From assembly GCA_051599415.1 (NCBI GenBank), contig AP039700.1, positions 62,001 through 126,000 on the forward strand: DNA of 64,000 nt, given 5' to 3'. This document shows positions 56,853-64,000 of the stretch, one piece after another. The stretch's first letter is position 1; each line of letters opens with the position of its first letter. The DNA comes from Savitreella phatthalungensis. Its lineage: Eukaryota. The translations under genes and the position numbers were made by a program. The notes below the pieces were generated by a model. It was not told the DNA's origin. It ran no database searches and was given only the letters and a program-made list of their open reading frames with translations.

Positions 56853-58528
56853 TGCAACTTAGCAATCTATAGATGAGACTTGACACACTCTACGCGTTCA
56901 GAGAGCTGTTCTTGATGAGCAGCTTTGTAGCTGTAGGCTAAAGGCGGAATCAGGGAAAGCTGTTCACTGAACTGCGAGCTCGACTGAGGACGTGTGATTC
57001 TGCTTCAGCGGCTGGTCCCTCAGCTGTCTCGCGCGTAACGACAGATGGTTCCTGCGCGACGTTGCAGAGATTGTGTGCGTTGATGCTGACGTCTGAGCTC
57101 GAATGCTACGCCTGCTTAGCGGCTACGTAGTGCACTCAGTTAAAGAATGGCACGGCTGCCAGTTTGTCAATTCGTACATCTGAGCAGAAGCAGAACAAGT
57201 CAAAACTGAATAGATGACTACAGATTGAGGTCAGTAGCCTCAATTCACAGGTTCTAATGCGTTACTCCTGCATTGCGGTATCGGGTTATGGACAATTCTG
57301 TGTTTGATTTGCTTGAAGCTGCTTCAATAGAACCGCGCACTGAGGCTCTCGATCTCGCCGAGTCATAAGTATGATTTTGGCTTGAATTGAAAATTTGAAT
57401 TCGAGTTCATGCATACAGCACTAAGTCTAGCTTAGTTCGAAATCATATATGGCTGGGCTCGATTGTTTGCAAACGCAATTGGCATAAGTACACAGATTGA
57501 AAGTGATGATCACCGTGATCTGGCCCTAGTAAATTAGATCAATAATCTTGCTGCATCAGCAATAGTGGCAGCAAGCTGTCGACAGCAGTGCGAATCCTAA
57601 TTACATCAAAGTGCTGAATGCCTGTGCGGAAAACTGGCAGGAATCTCAGGACAAAAGATCTATACGTCATTCACATTAGTCTTGGCTAGCTCAACTCAAC
57701 TGAAAATGTGGAAATGTATGATACTCGTTATCGCTCGGAATCTGCTAGCAAGCTGACGTACACCTGGCATTGGAAGCCGCATTGCGTCCGCGCAATTGAT
57801 CGAACTCGTAGTCTGAGCAATGCTACGTACGAAGCACGACATGAGGCATACGGCCAGTAAGGTAAGCACTTCGTCTCAAACATGATCATCGATGGATCAA
57901 TTTGCAGTTTGCAATCATCATGTTAATAGGCTGTCGTTATTCCCAGTCCGAAAAAGGCATCAGTCATAACCTGATTCACGTTCTTAGATTTGTCTTCTGA
58001 CAAGATTCTGCATACACGCACGTACAATTGAATCATGAATTTTCAAGGTTTCCTTGTGCAAGATGAGTACAAAGCCAGGTGAGCTCAACGCATTCAGCTG
58101 AGGTTGATATGGTTTTGCCCTGGCCTGGCGCTGAAGAATCGAGCAAATGCGTCACTGCCGCCGCGCCCGCGAATCTCTATCAGTCCTGACACAGTATTGT
58201 AGGTCAGTCGTGACAGATCGAGACACAACATTAATCCTCAGCACGAGTTCTAGCAACCAGTAACGAAGGTGTGCTATCAGTGAGAGATTCAGCCAGGACA
58301 CATAAGCTACATAAGATCGATCGCGTGCGTGCCGCCGATCGACGTCAAACTAATAGGTTTTGTCTAGGAGACGGGCTACAATCGCCAGTTTGCACGCGAC
58401 ATCCACGTTCCTCTTTTTCCTAGAGGCACTGATCTTTTGAGGTCTTGACGTTTGAACCGGCAAATATTCTACCGATCAGCACATGCGCGTACGGCTTTAA
58501 CAAGTCCTCGCTCAGTGTCAGTCCATCC

Positions 58529-58565
58529 CAAGTTGCAAATTACCGCTGTCAAGTTGCAAATTACC
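58529..58565. repeat. Direct repeat CAAGTTGCAAATTACC x2 (21-bp period)
   Basis: Read directly, about 95 bp upstream of the AAA ATPase ATG. Confidence 0.85.
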
Positions 58566-58658
58566 ATTGGACACGATACACCAGGCCCGACTTCCTGGAG
58601 CGAGCATTGAGATCAGCAGGATTCTCGTTGCGGTGAGACTGCAGTTCACAATCGCACG

Positions 58659-61067
58659 ATGCCGGCATTCTGGGGAGCACGGAATGCGCAGCAGCAGGAA
58701 GAAGATAGGAAGGCTCAGATGAGCCTCGACATCTATCAACGCGCTTATGCAGAGTCCGACCTAGCCATGAAGGCAGAGGCTCGTGGCGATTTCAATAACG
58801 CTCTGGGAGCATATCGAAAGTGTCTACAGTGGATACAATCTGATCCATCGCGGCTGATGGACGATGATCTTGTCGGGAACGAAACGACGCAAAAGCTTAT
58901 GGCTGCTATTCGTACCATTGAGGACCACGCGAAAGATCGCACACATGCGCTCAGAGTGATAGTGGACGAGGAGGCGGCGCGACACCAACAAATTGGCACT
59001 ACACACCAAAATGCTGAGGTCCCTCCTGCCGTGCAGACTGCACCCATGATTCCGGTCTTCACACAGCCAGAGAAGCTGCAGAAACGGACAAGCTTTGAGC
59101 GCGATGCTCGCAACACCGCAGCCCGACCAAGGCGGAATCCATCGCCGACAAAAAAATTGTCTGAATCATTGCGTCCGCAGCCGAAACAGCGAGTCTCCAG
59201 CGATGCAAGTGCTCGTCAAGCAAATGCTGCGATTCCGACCGCAAACGATGGCTTCCAGAATGCCGGACATGTTGGACCGAATGCAGCCAAGCAGGCAGCC
59301 TCCAACGCTGCGATGCTCGCCTGGCCGAAGAACTCGACGACGAATAATGGTGTATACGGACACACCAATAGTGGCTCGAGCACTTCTGTCAATTCGCGTG
59401 GTGGCGTCTCGTCTCGACCTGAAAGCCGCAATTCTGTCAATCGCGGCTCTCGCGAAATGCCTCGCTATACCTTGACTGATGAGCCACTCAGACCGAGTTC
59501 TCGTGAGACAAGTTACGGGTCCTTCAACGGCCAAGCCATTAATCGATCGGGCTCCAATGCTGCTGCGGCAGCCTCCAAAAAACCGGCAACTTCCGCCGAC
59601 CCAGCTCCGACCGCCCAAATCAATCGCTTACCGCCGTCAGCACCACCCCCTTCAGTGCCTCAGTCACGTACTGCCTCAGGACAGATGCCCGCGCAACAGC
59701 GCGCGCCAATTACAAATGCGAACGCAGCTGCGCAAAGAGTCGTTGGGCCTGCACAAGCCCGACCCCATCAGGCAGCAGGTGCGATTAGACAAGTTACACA
59801 ACAGGCGCCCGTGAGATCAACAGCAGCCGCGCAATCTATTCCTCAGGGCAAGGCGCGGCCAGTCGTGCCACAAGTGCCACGGGCCGCGCCGAATGGACTT
59901 CAAGGAAACAGTCCAGCAGCGGGATCAAATGTCACGGGCGGCGCAGGAAATGCTCTGCGTGCAGCTGCGCCGGCGGCACTTGGGGGCACTAGGACCGGCC
60001 TCGCCGTGCCACCGCCACCTGCAAAGTCTGCTCCACTCACAACTGAGAAGGACGTGGTTGGTCCTGTCTCTAAGCAACTTCAGTCGCTCGATACCGATGA
60101 TCAGCCGCTGCCGGAAGACAAATATGCACGAGCCGAGCAAGCCCTGAAAAATGTCAAAGGCCTCGATGAGACGTTGGCTAAGACCATCATCAATGAGATT
60201 GTCGACCAGGGCGACGAGGTCTTCTGGGACGACATCGCCGGACTCGATGCAGCGAAGATGAGTCTCAAGGAGACTGTTGTGTACCCACTCTTGCGGCCTG
60301 ATTTATTCAGTGGGTTGCGCGAGCCTGTCACAGGAATGTTGCTATTCGGTCCGCCGGGGACTGGCAAAACGATGCTCGCTCGAGCTGTTGCGACACAGGC
60401 CAAAGCGACCTTCTTTTCCATCTCAGCATCTTCGCTCACTTCGAAGTACCTCGGCGAGTCGGAGAAGCTGGTCAGAGCGCTCTTTGTGCTCGCGAAGGAG
60501 CTGTCTCCGAGCATTATTTTTGTCGATGAGATTGACTCACTACTTTCGTCGCGCGGTGAAGGCGAGCATGAGTCTTCCCGCCGTCTCAAGACTGAGTTTC
60601 TCATTCAATGGTCTAATCTCGCAAAGGCTGCGGCCGGCAGCAAAAACGTCATGGATTCGCGTGTCCTTGTCTTAGCAGCAACAAATCTGCCGTGGGCCAT
60701 CGATGATGCCGCACGGCGACGATTCGTTCGCCGGCAGTACATCCCACTTCCGGAGGATTCTACACGACGGCAGCATCTCCGCCACCTGATCCGCCATCAG
60801 AAGCACACTCTTGCAGGAGACGAGATCGAAGAGCTTGTGCAGCTCACAGATGGCTTCTCGGGCTCAGATCTGACGGCTTTAGCGAAGGACGCTGCAATGG
60901 GCCCCTTGCGCAGTTTGGGCGACGCACTGCTTACAACAGACTTTGATAAGATCCGACCTATGGGAATTGATGATTTCCGAGCGAGCTTACGTACTATCCG
61001 GCCCAGTGTCGGCAAGACTGGCTTGGAGGAGTACGTGAAATGGAACGAGGAGTTTGGCAGTATGTGA
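58659..61067 (+). CDS. Meiotic-clade AAA+ ATPase (Sap1/Yta6, fidgetin/spastin-like) with an MIT-like N-terminus
   Basis: [59 protein letters not shown], and a Vps4-type C-terminus (WNEEFGS). Confidence 0.92.
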   Translation: MPAFWGARNAQQQEEDRKAQMSLDIYQRAYAESDLAMKAEARGDFNNALGAYRKCLQWIQSDPSRLMDDDLVGNETTQKLMAAIRTIEDHAKDRTHALRVIVDEEAARHQQIGTTHQNAEVPPAVQTAPMIPVFTQPEKLQKRTSFERDARNTAARPRRNPSPTKKLSESLRPQPKQRVSSDASARQANAAIPTANDGFQNAGHVGPNAAKQAASNAAMLAWPKNSTTNNGVYGHTNSGSSTSVNSRGGVSSRPESRNSVNRGSREMPRYTLTDEPLRPSSRETSYGSFNGQAINRSGSNAAAAASKKPATSADPAPTAQINRLPPSAPPPSVPQSRTASGQMPAQQRAPITNANAAAQRVVGPAQARPHQAAGAIRQVTQQAPVRSTAAAQSIPQGKARPVVPQVPRAAPNGLQGNSPAAGSNVTGGAGNALRAAAPAALGGTRTGLAVPPPPAKSAPLTTEKDVVGPVSKQLQSLDTDDQPLPEDKYARAEQALKNVKGLDETLAKTIINEIVDQGDEVFWDDIAGLDAAKMSLKETVVYPLLRPDLFSGLREPVTGMLLFGPPGTGKTMLARAVATQAKATFFSISASSLTSKYLGESEKLVRALFVLAKELSPSIIFVDEIDSLLSSRGEGEHESSRRLKTEFLIQWSNLAKAAAGSKNVMDSRVLVLAATNLPWAIDDAARRRFVRRQYIPLPEDSTRRQHLRHLIRHQKHTLAGDEIEELVQLTDGFSGSDLTALAKDAAMGPLRSLGDALLTTDFDKIRPMGIDDFRASLRTIRPSVGKTGLEEYVKWNEEFGSM

Positions 61068-61203
61068 GATATGCTTACTGAGGACTTCTTAGAAGCCTTC
61101 CATCGTCGATCATTCATTGCATTAATTCAATAGCAGTATCTCCATAGCCTTAACCGTGTCGCTATGCTCGTCTTCTTGAATCCTTCGTGAAGTGTCATCT
61201 AGT

Positions 61204-62280
61204 TCAGTCATCGCGCCATTCGACAAAGACCTCATCCGTTCGGAAGCGCTGCGTGCACTGGCTATTATCCAAAGACGTGCGCTGGCGCATGCGATGGGCT
61301 AGTAGCCCGGCCTGCGCTATCATTATACCATTGTCGATGCAGAATCGCTCGTCAGTGGCAAAGACGCTACCGCCGCGCTCACGTGCCATGGCGCCCATCA
61401 TCTCTTGGAGACGTTCATTTGAACCTACTCCACCAACTATGAGCACTTGAGACGCGCCCGTATGTGCCATCGCACGCTCTGTAATTTCCACAAGCATAGC
61501 GAACAGTGTTTCCTGTAAAGAGAAGCATAGATCATCAGGAGTAATCGCATGTTTGCTCATGTACTGCTTCTGGGCAAGCGTCTCGATCGAGGCGAGGATG
61601 CCAGAGAAAGAGACATCCATCCCTTTGACTGTATAAGGAAGCTCAACATACTTCCTGCCACGCTTTGCCGATTGCTCGATGTTGTAGCCGGGCGCGGGAT
61701 CATTCGGCAGTCGGATAATGCGAGCGAAGCGATCTAAGCAATTCCCAACTGCCACATCGAGCGTCTCGCCAAAGATCCTGTAGCGCTGACCACTGTATGC
61801 AATCACTTGAGTGTTGCCACCGGAAACATACAACACGACAGGGTTTTGTGCGCCGGTTATCTCGCGTCCCATTTCAATGTGGCCCACACAATGATTAACA
61901 CCGATAAGCGGTTTCCTCCAGAGCAGTGAAAGTGCCCGAGCGACAAGCGCGCAGGATTGTAACGGGCCACCCATTCCAGGTCCCTGGGTGAAAGCGATGC
62001 AATCGATCTCCGCGGGATGCACGCCTGCTTCGTCAAAAGCATCGCGCACGAGCCGTGTGATGTGCTGCTTGTGATGTTTAGCGGTGTGATTGGGTTGGAA
62101 ACCTTCTCCTGGCGGGGTAATGTACGTGTGCCGAAGGTTGCTGAGCACCTTTGCCTTGCCTGTCACTCGCATGCTCTCTGGGCCGTCTGTCTCGAAATTG
62201 TCAATCGGGTGAGCGATGATGCCAATACCTAGCTTGTTCGCGGACCCTTCGATGCCGAGACATAGCTGGTAACCTTTCAT
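61204..62280 (-). CDS. KAE1: tRNA N6-adenosine threonylcarbamoyltransferase (KEOPS)
   Basis: [52 protein letters not shown]. Confidence 0.97.
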   Translation of the reverse strand: MKGYQLCLGIEGSANKLGIGIIAHPIDNFETDGPESMRVTGKAKVLSNLRHTYITPPGEGFQPNHTAKHHKQHITRLVRDAFDEAGVHPAEIDCIAFTQGPGMGGPLQSCALVARALSLLWRKPLIGVNHCVGHIEMGREITGAQNPVVLYVSGGNTQVIAYSGQRYRIFGETLDVAVGNCLDRFARIIRLPNDPAPGYNIEQSAKRGRKYVELPYTVKGMDVSFSGILASIETLAQKQYMSKHAITPDDLCFSLQETLFAMLVEITERAMAHTGASQVLIVGGVGSNERLQEMMGAMARERGGSVFATDERFCIDNGIMIAQAGLLAHRMRQRTSLDNSQCTQRFRTDEVFVEWRDD

Positions 62281-62701
62281 AGTTCCAACGTGTTGTATTC
62301 TCTCACACCAGTTGTATCCGAACTTTGGCAGCGGTCTTGAAAGTCTCTGTCGAGAACAACTGGATCACGCAACCTGGTAGATATTGATCGAATAGATATC
62401 CATGTCCCTAGCTCTACATTTGTATGCACGTTACATGACGAGCGCCTTATGCATTCAGTATATATATGTATAGTTGCATGAAGATCCAGATGCAAGGTAA
62501 ACGAATAATCATGAGCACTTTCAGTCGAGTCTACCAATGTAGTGGTAACGGAACAGCGGAAAACACGAGTTATCCGCGGATGTGCTAATAGTGGACATGA
62601 GTAGACACTTCGTCTATTGCCGACATTGACTCAGTAAGCAAGAGTATCAAACTTTGTCGATCATGCCATGAACAAGGAGCCAATCTTGATTGTCGAATCA
62701 G

Positions 62702-63952
62702 ATGCGCGTCGCTGGCGAGAGCACGGACGATGAGCACCGTCAGTGGTCTCCATCTTGCCCTCCGGGGCTCACAACGCCGCAAACGCGTCGATTTCAATCA
62801 TGCCATAGTCCGAGTCCATTGAGACATGACTCAGACGAAGGTGAGACGCGCCGCAGACCTACGGGCAATCTCGCGTCCGAATTAGCTGCGGTAATGGGGT
62901 TAGCATCAGTGCGATCGAAAACGGACCAGCCATGCGAGGGCTTTGACCACGTCACGGGATCGCCTTGCCTCCAATCTCCGATAACAACAGACGCCCTCCA
63001 CTCAGGAACATCAGGAACATCTCTCCCCTGGACTCCGAGGCAGCCTTTCGAGACGCCACCCGTGCTCACGCTCGCGACACGCGATCTTCGAAGTACAGCT
63101 CGGACTTATCGAAGTGAATATAGTGGGGATGACTGGGGCAGCCCAGTCGCGCCAAGACGCTCTGGGCTCGGCTTGTTACTTGATGACAGACAAATCAATG
63201 CGGAAGCTGCCGGAGACGAATTATTCACGATATCGGCTATCTGGAGAGATCTATCACGAGCAAGTGCGGCCTTGTCGCCGATGCTTGGTGCTATGCCGAC
63301 ATCGCTCAGTCACCAATGGTACATCGGCCCGAGTTCCAATATGACCACAAGCGACGAAAGCGGATTAAGCAGTTTGCTTAAGGATCATCTCGGACCACCG
63401 TGCGAACGCTCCGTCGTGGCTTCGCATCATGGCACTAGCCAGCAAGAGCAGGAAGCAATCGAACTCGGCTTGACCAGACTAATATGCACCAATACATCTG
63501 CGACCGCGCGCCGTGAGGCGGCTTGCGATACGCTCAGACACGAATTATCGATTTTGCGTGCTCATCAGCTGCAAGGCAGGGCGCTGCGAGTCAGAGCAGC
63601 CGAGAATGAGGGTGAAGCATTGCTGGAGAGCATCGATGAGCTGCTTGAGGAAGTCCGTGCAGCCGCGCCTTCAGCAGCTGTCTCGCCCGACTTTCATACG
63701 AGACCATTGTCGAACCTCGGTGCGCAGCTGGTATTTCTGCGACAGGAGACGACAGACGCTGCGAAGCATTTATCGAACGTCTCCGATTCGTTACAGAGCC
63801 AGCGACGTCTTCTAGTACGTGCCGAAGAGATGCTACGAGCGTCGACTGTTCTGACGAACGATCTCGTCCGGGAATACGACCTGATTGCGCGTCTTTGTGA
63901 GGTGGAAGGTATCGAAGAACCGCAGCTCCATGTCGCCACAAGGCTGTTCTGA
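62702..63952 (+). CDS. Hypothetical protein with a disordered N-terminus and C-terminal coiled coil
   Basis: About 416-aa ORF (first ATG at 62702), divergent from KAE1; S/P/T-rich, then helical heptads. No family recognised. Confidence 0.65.
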   Translation: MRVAGESTDDEHRQWSPSCPPGLTTPQTRRFQSCHSPSPLRHDSDEGETRRRPTGNLASELAAVMGLASVRSKTDQPCEGFDHVTGSPCLQSPITTDALHSGTSGTSLPWTPRQPFETPPVLTLATRDLRSTARTYRSEYSGDDWGSPVAPRRSGLGLLLDDRQINAEAAGDELFTISAIWRDLSRASAALSPMLGAMPTSLSHQWYIGPSSNMTTSDESGLSSLLKDHLGPPCERSVVASHHGTSQQEQEAIELGLTRLICTNTSATARREAACDTLRHELSILRAHQLQGRALRVRAAENEGEALLESIDELLEEVRAAAPSAAVSPDFHTRPLSNLGAQLVFLRQETTDAAKHLSNVSDSLQSQRRLLVRAEEMLRASTVLTNDLVREYDLIARLCEVEGIEEPQLHVATRLF

Positions 63953-64000
63953 GCCTCGTTCTTGCGCGCTCAATGGTCACCGGACAACCACGGCAAGCGC

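Overview
Gene-dense fungal (ascomycete) genomic DNA with few, short introns (45-80 nt, CTRAC/CTAAT branch sites close to YAG/AAG acceptors). A Taphrinomycotina-like origin is my inference from this architecture, not a database result. Most of the window is housekeeping genes: allantoinase, SEC24, Fus3/Kss1/Spk1-type MAPK, PalB/Rim13 calpain, CMR1, NAT3, VPS5, RPL29, TFIIIA-like zinc finger, SMC1, POB3, bZIP, CCR4, TPS2, COG6, a PBR1-like SDR, UBC4, a SAP1/YTA6 AAA ATPase and KAE1. Two things stand out. (1) A dispersed putative polysaccharide-synthesis system of three paralogous membrane GT2 glycosyltransferases and two membrane-anchored GH16 proteins. They form two mirror-image head-to-head GT2/GH16 pairs plus a third GT2. 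One GH16 has lost both catalytic glutamates and one GT2 carries a 1-nt frameshift. (2) A 4.2-kb gene-free island (35827-40007) holding a perfect 401-bp inverted repeat around a 1.2-kb spacer, embedded in degenerate copies of the same repeat family that show CpG>TpG/CpA decay. It is a candidate small inverted-repeat centromere, invertible segment or MITE nest. All calls come from reading motifs by eye; no searches were run.
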